From: a virus
Virus record (IMG/VR): IMGVR_UViG_3300014911_000002
Location: 25,380 to 89,379 of that record
Strand: one strand, 5' to 3'
DNA: 64,000 nt
The translations under genes were made by a program, and so were the position numbers. Under the pieces are notes generated by a model. That model made no database searches. It was not told the DNA's origin and saw only the letters and a program-made list of their open reading frames with translations. Within the stretch, counting starts at the first letter, position 1. Each line of letters opens with the position of its first letter. This document shows positions 29,840-39,091 of the stretch, in pieces.

Positions 29840-31214
29840 CCCTCAATTTTAATGCAGTCATTATCTGTATTAATTTATAGAGAGCATCCGAAGAATCTGA
29901 TAACTCTATTTCAATACTCCAATCTTTTCGTAAGCTTAATCCATATTTCTCAAATAAGCGTTTTATAAATGGTTTTTGCCCAAAGATTAATCTAACATAC
30001 TCTGAAGAACCACCTCTTCCACTTCTTATGAAATATATGGCTGTGCCTTCGAGGAAACGAGTAAAGTTTTCGATATTCTCCTTTAGCACATCTCTTGAAT
30101 CTCTCCTAAATACATAACGAAGGGATGGAAGAATACTCTTTAATTCAGACATTCTGATTTCCAGAAGAACCTCTGCGGTATTTGGTTCGAAATATACGCA
30201 TTCTTGTGCAAGCTGTTCATGTTCTGCAATACGATTATAAAGTATTGGTGAAGAAATTATCAACTCAATTATTCCATCTTCCCAAATCATAGCCTCAATG
30301 ATATCATCTGGGCGATACTTTTTCCAATCATCCAATATACTTTTCAATTGCTCTAAATCTTCATCTTTAGTGTCTATTCCATCTAGAGTATCTGAACTAC
30401 TGTAAGAACTATATGAATTTGGAAGACCTCTATAAGTGGTTACATTTACACTATAGCTTGTTTCAAATTCGCCTACTTCTTTTATGCCTTCCTCATCTAT
30501 CATATAGATTGTGTTTTCCTTAATGTCTGGAATATCGGAATATCTCAATTTTTTATCATACACGTTATCAATATGCCTCTGTTCCGAAGCAAATAATAAA
30601 CATCTGTTTCGTTTATCTATATAATAGCATATTGGATTGCTATGGCGGAAGAGATAAACTGTTTCAGATTTCTTATGATATAGCCAGCAGGCATAAGAGC
30701 CCGATAACAGCTTTGTTGTTTCCTGAATAGCTTTCACAACATCTTTATATTTATCATAGAAATGCTGAATCAGATGAATAATAACTGCGGAATCACATTC
30801 TGATTCATAATCTAGCTTAAACATTTCTTTGAGTTCCTTATCATTTGATATTGTGCCATTATGTGCCAGAATGAAATCCTTTGTCATAAATGGATGGTTA
30901 TTCTCATTATTATCTGTTGAGCCAGATGTTGGTGCACGAGTATGACCAAGAAAGATGGAGACACCATCAAGAGAAATTTCGCCTTGTAAATCTTTGAAAA
31001 ACGAAGTTACCGAGCCTTTTATTTTAAACAAATGCCCCTTTATATCCTTTCGTTTTTCGGTTACATAATAATTATATTCTGGATTGAGAACATAGAATCC
31101 GAATGCACTTCTTCCACGAGATTCAATCTCTTCAAGCAGTTTTATCGCCCTAATCTTCATACATTTTGGAAATTCGGTTTTGTCTAATCGTATTACTCCA
31201 CAAATTCCACACAT
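29826..31214 (-). CDS. Class II (Ntn) glutamine amidotransferase with C-terminal extension
   Basis: MCGICG, RGRSAFG, GHTRAPT, NHPF, AHNG, CDSAVI, GSYA, FASE. Confidence 0.9.
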   Translation of the reverse strand: MCGICGVIRLDKTEFPKCMKIRAIKLLEEIESRGRSAFGFYVLNPEYNYYVTEKRKDIKGHLFKIKGSVTSFFKDLQGEISLDGVSIFLGHTRAPTSGSTDNNENNHPFMTKDFILAHNGTISNDKELKEMFKLDYESECDSAVIIHLIQHFYDKYKDVVKAIQETTKLLSGSYACWLYHKKSETVYLFRHSNPICYYIDKRNRCLLFASEQRHIDNVYDKKLRYSDIPDIKENTIYMIDEEGIKEVGEFETSYSVNVTTYRGLPNSYSSYSSSDTLDGIDTKDEDLEQLKSILDDWKKYRPDDIIEAMIWEDGIIELIISSPILYNRIAEHEQLAQECVYFEPNTAEVLLEIRMSELKSILPSLRYVFRRDSRDVLKENIENFTRFLEGTAIYFIRSGRGGSSEYVRLIFGQKPFIKRLFEKYGLSLRKDWSIEIELSDSSDALYKLIQIMTALKLRVENA

Positions 31215-31370
31215 GTTTACACCTTCCTTTCATATTGAATGCCTTTATACTTTCCATATCTCCTAGAAGACTTTATAACTCTCCAAGCTTCTCGCAAAGA
31301 ATCAACTCCTAAAACATAAACACTTGATTCTTTACCGCTTTCATTTGTAAATCTGAATTTATACATCCTC

Positions 31371-31583
31371 TCACCGATATAATTTTGGTTTTGGAACTTT
31401 TTCTAGTAAATTTTCAAGAACCGTAAGCACAAAATAAGGATAATTTTCTTTGGCATTCGTAAATGGTTGCATAGGAACTCTTACTTTAGCCTTTCTTGCA
31501 CCACCGTCTGAATAAATCTCCTCTACAACGCCATGAATCTCTTTCCTATGTTTGAGGGAAACTATATCACCGACTTCAACCAT
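31371..31583 (-). CDS. Small SH3/KOW-like protein
   Basis: VGDIVSLK...GVVEEI. Confidence 0.5.
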   Translation of the reverse strand: MVEVGDIVSLKHRKEIHGVVEEIYSDGGARKAKVRVPMQPFTNAKENYPYFVLTVLENLLEKVPKPKLYR

Positions 31584-31587
31584 TATA

Positions 31588-31887
31588 TCACTCCAGAATT
31601 TGCTTTCTAATAAACTGTTTTAGTTCATCAAGAGCGTCTTTCTTTAACCTCTTCATTTCGCCAAAAAACATTCTATGGATGACCATTTCCATTAAAATAT
31701 CCTTTCGCTGGGATATAGCTACAGCCTCTGGAATACTGGGAGAAAACCAACATCGCATTAAAAATATCGGGTCATTATGAGAGACCATAATCCGACCATT
31801 GTCTTTCTCTAAAATCATCTTATCGCCTTTCTTAACCACTTTTGCTTGCTTGAATTCTCCCTCGTTAGTTATATAGTATAAATCCAT
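31588..31887 (-). CDS. Hypothetical protein
   Basis: 99 aa in operon. Confidence 0.55.
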   Translation of the reverse strand: MDLYYITNEGEFKQAKVVKKGDKMILEKDNGRIMVSHNDPIFLMRCWFSPSIPEAVAISQRKDILMEMVIHRMFFGEMKRLKKDALDELKQFIRKQILE

Positions 31888-32966
31888 TTGTCTTCGCCTC
31901 CGTCCAACATATATTGAATCTCTTTATCATCATATTTAATCATCAACTGGCTAAACTGATGAATGCCATTCCCAAGTATGCGGGTCTTGTAATAATTAGT
32001 TATATGTGCTGGGTTAAAGAAATATCTATAGCCTCCCCTTTCATAAATGCGTTTGATAATATAAAAGATGCTCTTCCTACAAAGAGGGAAATAGTTCTTG
32101 AGTCTCTTCGGTATATGTTTAATTAGAATTCTCCTATAAATAGAAAGATAATCAAAAGCAGATTTTCTATCGCAATTGTTTATTATCTTTACAATCTCCT
32201 CATCTGTTGGTTCAGAAAGAATTTCATCTCCTATCTTTGATAATGCAAGTTTAACAGCATTTCTAACTGAAGCCGTCATAACAGACACTAAAGGGGGAGC
32301 AATAATCCAGAAAGATGATGGTGTTCTATATTCGATGCCATGATTATTCAATCTATAGCATCCAGCTTGCCCATAATATTTTCTCCGTTGTCGTTCATCT
32401 TCGTATGGAGACAAGACGACTGATAATAGACCACCAAGTCTATCCATAAGCTTAATGGAATTCCTTAAAAACTCTAGTTTATTATCTTTCAGAATCTCGA
32501 GGAACACTATCCTATCTTTCAGACCTACATGAATATGCCCGCCTGCATATCGATAGAAATGTTTCCTTCCGTCTGGATAGGAGCGTTCCTCCGATGAATA
32601 TAATATAGCATCTGGAGAACATCCGAACCGTAAACATTCTTCATCGACATCTATGAGGTGTTCTGGCTTTATTCTTATTGTGGCTACTGGAAATATTTTG
32701 AAATCTTTAATTCCTAATTTTCGCCCCTTATGTTCAATTTTAGAAGATGCTTCCCGAATTATACCGCCCAAATCTGCCGTGAAAAGCTCCCTGCATGTAT
32801 TCGGCGGTAAATTTATTTCCGCTTGAAAACCATCGAAAAAGATTTGATGCGATACGTTTCGCCTCTTTTTACCGAAAAACTTATCCGCACTTATAGGTTC
32901 ATCATTTGCCAATATGAAAAATTCTGGGTCTGCTCCCAAAAGCGGATTTGGTAATATTCCGTTCAT
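31869..32966 (-). CDS. phiEco32-like COOH-NH2 ligase (type 2)
   Basis: LGADPEFF, DGFQAEIN, FGCSPD, RYAGGHIHVG, RRKYYGQAGCYR, GIEYRTPSSFW. Confidence 0.9.
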   Translation of the reverse strand: MNGILPNPLLGADPEFFILANDEPISADKFFGKKRRNVSHQIFFDGFQAEINLPPNTCRELFTADLGGIIREASSKIEHKGRKLGIKDFKIFPVATIRIKPEHLIDVDEECLRFGCSPDAILYSSEERSYPDGRKHFYRYAGGHIHVGLKDRIVFLEILKDNKLEFLRNSIKLMDRLGGLLSVVLSPYEDERQRRKYYGQAGCYRLNNHGIEYRTPSSFWIIAPPLVSVMTASVRNAVKLALSKIGDEILSEPTDEEIVKIINNCDRKSAFDYLSIYRRILIKHIPKRLKNYFPLCRKSIFYIIKRIYERGGYRYFFNPAHITNYYKTRILGNGIHQFSQLMIKYDDKEIQYMLDGGEDKWIYTI

Positions 32967-33003
32967 AACATCACCAATTAAAAGAGAAAAAGAGGAAGGA
33001 GAG

Positions 33004-33339
33004 TTAGTTCTCCCCTTCCTCTTCTAGAGTCTCAGTTTCTATTACTTCATATCCCTGTTCTGTTAAATATTCTATAGCAGAAGATAAAGAGATTCCCTTC
33101 TTCTTCTTTATCTTGAGATTAACTATCTCATCTTCTGGTGCTTTCTCCTTCAAGATATAATAAGTCTTTTTCTTTCCTTCGACCTTTTCAAACATATCGC
33201 TGTTCTCAAGAATATACCTAACTATATCCACATCCTCTTCTAATGCTTCTGCTATTCCTTCGGCACTTCTCTTTTTATATTCCTTGTTGTTGAATTCCTC
33301 TATTATTTTATCTATCAGTTTTCCCATATTCCCACCCAA
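33004..33339 (-). CDS. Small wHTH-like protein with acidic C-terminus
   Basis: RSAEGIAEAL...; ends ETETLEEEGEN. Confidence 0.6.
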   Translation of the reverse strand: MGGNMGKLIDKIIEEFNNKEYKKRSAEGIAEALEEDVDIVRYILENSDMFEKVEGKKKTYYILKEKAPEDEIVNLKIKKKKGISLSSAIEYLTEQGYEVIETETLEEEGEN

Positions 33340-33352
33340 ACCATCCTTTTAT

Positions 33353-34177
33353 TCAAGGATGGAGCGTCAAAGCTGGAAAAATAACATCTCTCCATCTAGG
33401 CAAACGTTTAATTGGTTCGCCCATCGGAAGAGAAGCATAAGCATCCCAATATTCATTAATGAAATCCAAACAGCGGGCAAAGACTTTAAGCCTATAATCC
33501 GAATCCATAGCTGGGGCTTTATTGGCTTCTAAAACATAATACCTGTTATTCCATTTCATTATATCAATCGCTGTAAAATCTAATCCCAAAGCATCTGCGG
33601 TTTCTAATGCAAGAAGCACTAATCTTCTATCCCAAGCAGAAAATCGCACATTCTTAAACACTGCACCATGCCTATGATTCCATCTTATCATATCTTCTCC
33701 TCTTTCTTTTTCTGCCACACCAATCACATAACGAAGTAGCACAAAGACTCGATATTCTTTATCTTTTGGAATGAATACGGAATAATAATCACATTTTGAG
33801 TTATACCGCAATAAATCTCGTATGGTGCGTATAACATAGAAGTGTTTCCCTCCAAAATGATTTTTTGGTCTCCCTATAAGTGTTTTTCCCAATTTCAGCA
33901 GAGCTTTTGCTTCCTTTAGCGAATAAACTGTTATGGGAATTGAAATCCTTCTTTGTTGCAAAATCCTTCTTGCAGTCGCCTTATCTATCGAAATGGCTCT
34001 ATTTGAATTAATGTAGGCATCTGCATTCGATGAAACATATACGCCATACCTAAATAGAATTCCATCTAATTTTTTCGGCACATCTCTAGCTTCATAAATT
34101 TTTACATCTGTATTCATTAAATCGAAGAGTCTTGACAAATGCTTACTCCATTTCTGCCTCCTTGCAATAGTAATCAT
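33353..34177 (-). CDS. ATP-grasp peptide ligase (RimK/phiEco32-like)
   Basis: DKA, GRPKNHFGGKH, KEYRVFV, WNH, GLDFTAIDI, VLEANKAP. Confidence 0.88.
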   Translation of the reverse strand: MITIARRQKWSKHLSRLFDLMNTDVKIYEARDVPKKLDGILFRYGVYVSSNADAYINSNRAISIDKATARRILQQRRISIPITVYSLKEAKALLKLGKTLIGRPKNHFGGKHFYVIRTIRDLLRYNSKCDYYSVFIPKDKEYRVFVLLRYVIGVAEKERGEDMIRWNHRHGAVFKNVRFSAWDRRLVLLALETADALGLDFTAIDIMKWNNRYYVLEANKAPAMDSDYRLKVFARCLDFINEYWDAYASLPMGEPIKRLPRWRDVIFPALTLHP

Positions 34178-34983
34178 TCTTCAACCTCTTTATATTCGGG
34201 AATAAATTTACGAACATAATCGTAATTATCTCGCATGAATGCGACGATTCCTCTAAACAGAATGTGTTGCCAATCATCCTGTTTCAAAATCTTAAAGAGG
34301 TTACCTTTTTCAGCGGTGTTATAAACAAAATCAAAGACCTTTAGATAATGCAAGTCCTTATCTGGTTGAGAGTTATATACTCTATCAGAGAGAAAATCCA
34401 TAAATTCGGGGTCGATACTTTCCTTCAGTCTCCGCATAATATGTGTGAATATAAAGCGTAATGTTTCGATATCCTTCTCGGTGAATGCATCTCTTACATC
34501 ATTCCCATCAATAAACTTAAACACTTCCCTAAATGCTTTTCTATTATCTGGATGGCATGAGATTATAAGAGCCAATCGCAGTAAGCCAGCAACTATTGAT
34601 ATTACAGCTGAATGTCTAGCCAAAACTCTCCATGGAATTTTAATTTTAGCACCGTAATCGAATATGGAGAAATCAATATCAGTTTCTCCAATAGCAGAAG
34701 CTATATAAGCTATTGGTAAAGATATAATTGCGATTTCAAAATCGTTTTTATTCTTCAAACGGTCTGGTAAACTAATAGACCAAGAACACTGCCTCGTAAT
34801 TATTAAATGACCGTAACCATTAAGTCTATTCTGTTTCAATCTTCTTCTTATAAATCGTATAGCACTTTGTTGTATTAGAACCTCTCTGCATCCAAAAGTT
34901 GCCACAAACTCCTCAAGGTTTTTAGGCACGGTTCTGTCTGATTCTATGGTAAAGCCAATTCCATCCCATCTCTTTAATCTCAT
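34174..34983 (-). CDS. Probable degenerate paralog of the COOH-NH2 ligase
   Basis: FGCREVL and VISIVAGLLRLAL...EVFKFIDGNDVRDAF resemble segments of 31869..32966; catalytic DPE/HIH motifs absent. Confidence 0.45.
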   Translation of the reverse strand: MRLKRWDGIGFTIESDRTVPKNLEEFVATFGCREVLIQQSAIRFIRRRLKQNRLNGYGHLIITRQCSWSISLPDRLKNKNDFEIAIISLPIAYIASAIGETDIDFSIFDYGAKIKIPWRVLARHSAVISIVAGLLRLALIISCHPDNRKAFREVFKFIDGNDVRDAFTEKDIETLRFIFTHIMRRLKESIDPEFMDFLSDRVYNSQPDKDLHYLKVFDFVYNTAEKGNLFKILKQDDWQHILFRGIVAFMRDNYDYVRKFIPEYKEVEE

Positions 34984-35004
34984 ATTTGCACCTCTTTCTT
35001 ATGA

Positions 35005-35490
35005 TTAAATCAATACAAAATATGCAGAACCTCCAGAGATATGGATATCTAGTTGTGGTTCTATAAAATGGATTTTATAGTCTTCTCCAATATAAAAATT
35101 AACTGCATGGCTTCTTCCGTCTAATGTTTTTACAAATGCTACTCCCAAAGCTATATGATAATGCCGAGTAACATTTCTCCAGAAGTCAAATGCAAAATCA
35201 TCGCAATCATATACCTCTTTAACATATTTATGTTCATTTGTCTTGTCGTATTCCATCAAAGCATTTATATCGTCTTTATTCACCAGATAATACCAATTAT
35301 CTATTATGACTATCATCGCCTGCGGAAAACCGTCTTCAAGAACATCCATTAGTTCCGTGAGGTATATTCGTTCCTTTAAATCTAATTTGGGTTTTTCTTC
35401 CAATTTCAGTGAAACTATACCTCTCCACCCGATTATCAATACCAAACCAAACAGAAACACCAAAACTTTTTTCCTTTTATTCATGGTCAT
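35005..35490 (-). CDS. Membrane-anchored papain/transglutaminase-like cysteine peptidase
   Basis: N-terminal TM; YDCDDFA (Cys), HAVN (His), IEPQ. Confidence 0.7.
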   Translation of the reverse strand: MTMNKRKKVLVFLFGLVLIIGWRGIVSLKLEEKPKLDLKERIYLTELMDVLEDGFPQAMIVIIDNWYYLVNKDDINALMEYDKTNEHKYVKEVYDCDDFAFDFWRNVTRHYHIALGVAFVKTLDGRSHAVNFYIGEDYKIHFIEPQLDIHISGGSAYFVLI

Positions 35491-35883
35491 ATCTCCTTCT
35501 TATTAATCAGAAGCAAAATCTTCAAGGTAGTCTTCTTCTTTTATCTCTTTCCAATCATATACATAATTTACTTTTGGGAGCATATTTCACCACCAATATC
35601 TCTACTTAATGTGGTCTAGTTAGAACCATCAAACCAATACCAACAAGCATTTCAGAAATATTATTGGTAAACACACCTATCAGCCAAACTATAGCTCCGA
35701 ATGTGCATAATGCATAATCCATAATTTTTTCTAATGAATTGTCGTCTGAATTCATACTTCCACAATCACCTTTTTCCTATCTCCATCTATATACCCATTC
35801 TTTTCTTCAAGAATCTGGCACATCTCTTTCAAGCTTAAGATTCCCCAATCGATTTCTAAAATCAAGATTCCACCCAATACATG

Positions 35884-36014
35884 CCTTTAAAACGCACAGA
35901 AATCAATTCTGGGACGAGTTTTTTCTTCACAAGTATATTACCATTCGGAAGCGAAAAAAATCGATTCTGGGGCGTTTTAGACACGTTTAAAGCGAAATTT
36001 TGAGGGTAGTTGAA
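35884..36014 (+). repeat. Dispersed ~130-bp palindromic element, copy 3
   Basis: GGGACGAGTTTTTT..CAAGTATATTACCATTCG...TAGACACGTTTAAAGCGAAATTTTGAGGG. Confidence 0.8.
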
Positions 36015-36067
36015 CCTGCTTTTCTCTCCATCTCGATTTCTATTGCTATCCAGATGTATTTATTCCC

Positions 36068-36298
36068 CTATTTCCCCCTAATCACATAGATAAGCTCTTT
36101 CCCATCCTTGCATATCGCAATCAAATGAATATTTAAGTTAGAAATTGCCAACGCTATAACATTCTCTTCTTGAATTTTCCTTCTAAATTCCTCATCATCT
36201 TCACATTCAATTATCCGTTTTGGCTTTTTAAACCTGTAATAAGACTTCCAATCATTTGTTTTTGCCAAAATCTTCCCAATTCTTACCATTATCATCAC
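36068..36298 (-). CDS. Hypothetical protein
   Basis: 76 aa. Confidence 0.5.
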   Translation of the reverse strand: MMIMVRIGKILAKTNDWKSYYRFKKPKRIIECEDDEEFRRKIQEENVIALAISNLNIHLIAICKDGKELIYVIRGK

Positions 36299-36324
36299 TA
36301 CTTTTGACTATTTCCCTTTCTCCA

Positions 36325-36636
36325 TCAATCGCCAAAAAATCTCATTTCGCTTAACAGGTAATTATGAAGGCGTTTTAACGAAACTTCGGTATGAATTTTC
36401 TTATGGTCTTTTCTTTCAAGAGGAATAAGATTACCAACGTTATTATTAAATGGATTCAAATCCCTATGGTGAACTTCGTAATTCTCTGGAAGTTTTGAAA
36501 AGAGGCGTTCATAAACGAATCTTGCAAGGCTTTTAGTGATATAATGAGAGAAGCGGGTTTTTCTTACATAAATTCTACCATTACTTGGCTTGATTAAAAG
36601 TTCAACCTCACCGAGAGAAATGAATTCATCATCCAT
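36325..36636 (-). CDS. HNH endonuclease
   Basis: EVHHRDLNPFNNNVGNL....DHKKIH. Confidence 0.85.
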   Translation of the reverse strand: MDDEFISLGEVELLIKPSNGRIYVRKTRFSHYITKSLARFVYERLFSKLPENYEVHHRDLNPFNNNVGNLIPLERKDHKKIHTEVSLKRLHNYLLSEMRFFGD

Positions 36637-36651
36637 CTTTCCCCTCTTTTC

Positions 36652-36996
36652 CTATGGAATTACGAATGTAGAAGCCAAGAGGCGTATAAATCCTATTGAA
36701 AATAAAAGCCAAGCCCAGATTTTGTCTTCCCTATACGCAATCATACTAAAGATGAGATAAAGGAATGAACCGATGATATAGACAATTGGAAATTTAATCA
36801 ATAGGAAATAGGAAAGTGGAATTAAGGTCATGACCGTCAGGGTGAATAATATCACATGGAATAATTTGATTTTTTCTTTACCATGAATAATGCGAGATAA
36901 TTCCAAACCAGAGAAGGAAACCTGAAGAATCATCACGGTAATATCGCAAATAAGCATCCCAAATCCATAAACTAGATATGTGGCTAAATCCAGCAT
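36652..36996 (-). CDS. Multi-TM membrane protein
   Basis: About 4 hydrophobic segments; GGTGA RBS. Confidence 0.6.
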   Translation of the reverse strand: MLDLATYLVYGFGMLICDITVMILQVSFSGLELSRIIHGKEKIKLFHVILFTLTVMTLIPLSYFLLIKFPIVYIIGSFLYLIFSMIAYREDKIWAWLLFSIGFIRLLASTFVIP

Positions 36997-37174
36997 TTTT
37001 TCACCATTTAACTAATTAAGTTGCCTCATCATAGACTAATTCTTCACCACATTCTGGGCAAACTCTATCTTTTAATTGATTTGGAAAGTATTCTTTGCCA
37101 CACCGCCTACAATACCAAATTCCAATTATGGGCTCGCCTTCTATCATCTCATCATGTATTCAGAGAAGTTAATT

Positions 37175-37384
37175 CTATTCTTTCTTTAATTGCCGTTTTG
37201 CTTCTTTTAGGAATTTAATTACTTCTTTTAGCTTTGTCTTATCCGAGAAATAACAAGCAGGGCAGAACAGACAAACCTTTGTGATTTTTGGGATTCTGGA
37301 TTCCAGACTCGGATTCATCTCACAGATTTTAGGGCTAATTTCCTTCTTTAACAGACAAAATTCTTCTTCTATTGTATCTACCAT
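37175..37384 (-). CDS. Small Cys-containing protein
   Basis: CLFCPAC. Confidence 0.5.
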   Translation of the reverse strand: MVDTIEEEFCLLKKEISPKICEMNPSLESRIPKITKVCLFCPACYFSDKTKLKEVIKFLKEAKRQLKKE

Positions 37385-37461
37385 CTTATCACAAAATCCA
37401 ATTACGAATTTTATGCCCGTTTTAACTTTTTCCTAAATTAAAAAAAATAAGAGCGGTGGGA

Positions 37462-37767
37462 TTATAGCTTAAATAATTGCTTTGCTATCTGCTCTGTCAA
37501 ACCAATTGCAGATTTTACTATTCTTCCTCTCTCGGGGTGCTCGATAATTTTTCTTAATGTGTAAACTGTTCTCCTGCCATTCGGTGATATTGATTTCGAT
37601 TTCACCAATTCTATAATTGTGTTGTCGCCTGTCTTAAATTCCTTCAGCACCTTTTCATCGAAATATATTGTCTTCCTACCGACGCTTATTGGCAATTTCC
37701 CCATCTCTGTTACCACGAACATTCTTCCGCCCTCTATTACTATTTCTCCCAATTTTCCATTTCCCAT
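37462..37767 (-). CDS. Hypothetical protein (start MGNGK)
   Basis: AGGAGGTG RBS just upstream of ATG 37767; T-rich run downstream. Confidence 0.65.
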   Translation of the reverse strand: MGNGKLGEIVIEGGRMFVVTEMGKLPISVGRKTIYFDEKVLKEFKTGDNTIIELVKSKSISPNGRRTVYTLRKIIEHPERGRIVKSAIGLTEQIAKQLFKL

Positions 37768-37780
37768 ACATACACCTCCT

Positions 37781-37843
37781 TCTGCCCCACTCTTCAGGTG
37801 GAGCAGATAAGGAATGGTGGGATTCGAACCCAATTCCATTCCC
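37781..37843 (-). ncRNA. tRNA-like element: acceptor/T-arm minihelix plus anticodon-like hairpin
   Basis: GGGAATG-GAA-TTGGG-TTCGAAT-CCCAC-CATTCCT followed by TCTGCTCCAC-CTGAAGA-GTGGGGCAGA. Confidence 0.5.
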
Positions 37844-37861
37844 TGATTGAATTTTAATCCT

Positions 37862-37897
37862 AAAAAAATAAAAAATGGGAGAGGAGAAACCTCTCCC
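37862..37897 (-). terminator. Hairpin plus oligo-T terminator
   Basis: GGGAGAGG-TTTCT-CCTCTCCC then ATTTTTTATTTTTTT on minus strand. Confidence 0.7.
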
Positions 37898-38195
37898 TAA
37901 AGCTATCGGGTTCATTTGAATTACTAATTACGATTGCCTTTTGAATTTATGTATATTGTTTACTGATACTATTCCCTACCACCAATTAGGCAATAGGGAA
38001 TAGAGAGGATTTCGTGTTCTATGCTGGGCAACCCCAAACCCAGCAGGGGAATTAGAAATCCTCTAAAAGATTCCCCATCGTATTTTATCTCAATCCCAAA
38101 TCAAAAAATTGACTTGGGATTTCATCGAAGGGATTTAATTCAATAATTTAAATCGTGAGGAAAGGCAATAAATTTTTGTTTTGCCCCTCCTCAAC
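37870..38195 (-). ncRNA. Candidate ~320-nt multi-hairpin non-coding RNA
   Basis: Five or more stems between its own TATA-like promoter (38220-38235) and terminator (37862-37897); no credible ORF. Confidence 0.5.
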
Positions 38196-38219
38196 CAAAA
38201 CGCAACCACAACCGAAACC

Positions 38220-38235
38220 TTTAAAAACCTTTTGG
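38220..38235 (-). promoter_or_regulatory. BRE-TATA-like promoter (CCAAAAGGTTTTTAAA)
   Basis: Purine-rich BRE followed by TTTTTAAA about 25-28 nt upstream of the first hairpin. Confidence 0.5.
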
Positions 38236-38323
38236 TGGGTTTTCTCCTGTTGGACACCCAAAAATGTCGGGCAAAAAGCCGAATTTAAAATTAAAAATCA
38301 AAAAATAGAGGGGAAAGGAGGAA

Positions 38324-39091
38324 TTAATATCCTTCAAGTTTCACTTGATTATTTAGGAATTCATAGAATTTCTTTCTGTCGATTTCTGTTTTATCCATTA
38401 CTTTGAATGGAAGCTTCACCATAGAACCATCGGGAAGCCTAATTCTAAATCTCTCCACGAGAGGAATATCCATATTTAAGGCATATCTTCCAGAGGTCAA
38501 TTCCTTTATTAATTCCTCGAGGTATTCAATTGGGTATTTCGGAAATCCAAAGTAATCAAGTAATTTAGGATTGCCAGCTTCTTCTTCCGCTTTTATCCAT
38601 CGCAACATAGCCACAATTGTTCTTCCTTTAATTAGGAGCATTCCGTTTTTCCTTCTCCAGAATTCTTTACCCTTCTGATAGGTAATTCCTTGAGCATTTA
38701 AGAATTCTTTAACCACTCTGGAAGCGAACCAGCGATTAATCATAGATTTACCTTTGTATTTAATTGGAACAATTACATGCCTCTCTACACCGCCACCTGT
38801 TCTAATTTCATTTACATGGGTATATTCTTCAATTGCACCGAAATGCCTTTTCTCCCGTCTGTCGTTATCCACATAGGAAATATTTGTAATTCCGCCAACC
38901 TTTTCAATTGGGGTTTTTTGAGTATAGGCAATTTTAATTGTTCTAATATGCTGTGCCGAATTTAATGAATTTATTATGTCGCACACCTCTTCCTTTCCTG
39001 AAATTACACAAAATCCTGTCTTCAAGCACTCGAAATTACATGGGGATTGAAATTCCTCTGGCTTCCATACTTTAATTCTCTCTAAATACAT
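38324..39091 (-). CDS. Hypothetical early protein
   Basis: 255 aa, GGAGG RBS, T-rich terminator downstream. Confidence 0.7.
   Translation of the reverse strand: MYLERIKVWKPEEFQSPCNFECLKTGFCVISGKEEVCDIINSLNSAQHIRTIKIAYTQKTPIEKVGGITNISYVDNDRREKRHFGAIEEYTHVNEIRTGGGVERHVIVPIKYKGKSMINRWFASRVVKEFLNAQGITYQKGKEFWRRKNGMLLIKGRTIVAMLRWIKAEEEAGNPKLLDYFGFPKYPIEYLEELIKELTSGRYALNMDIPLVERFRIRLPDGSMVKLPFKVMDKTEIDRKKFYEFLNNQVKLEGY

Noticed and set aside
37781-37850. Canonical tRNA gene or attP tRNA fragment
   Set aside because: A T-loop is present but there is no D-arm or internal anticodon arm and no integrase nearby; kept only as a tRNA-like element
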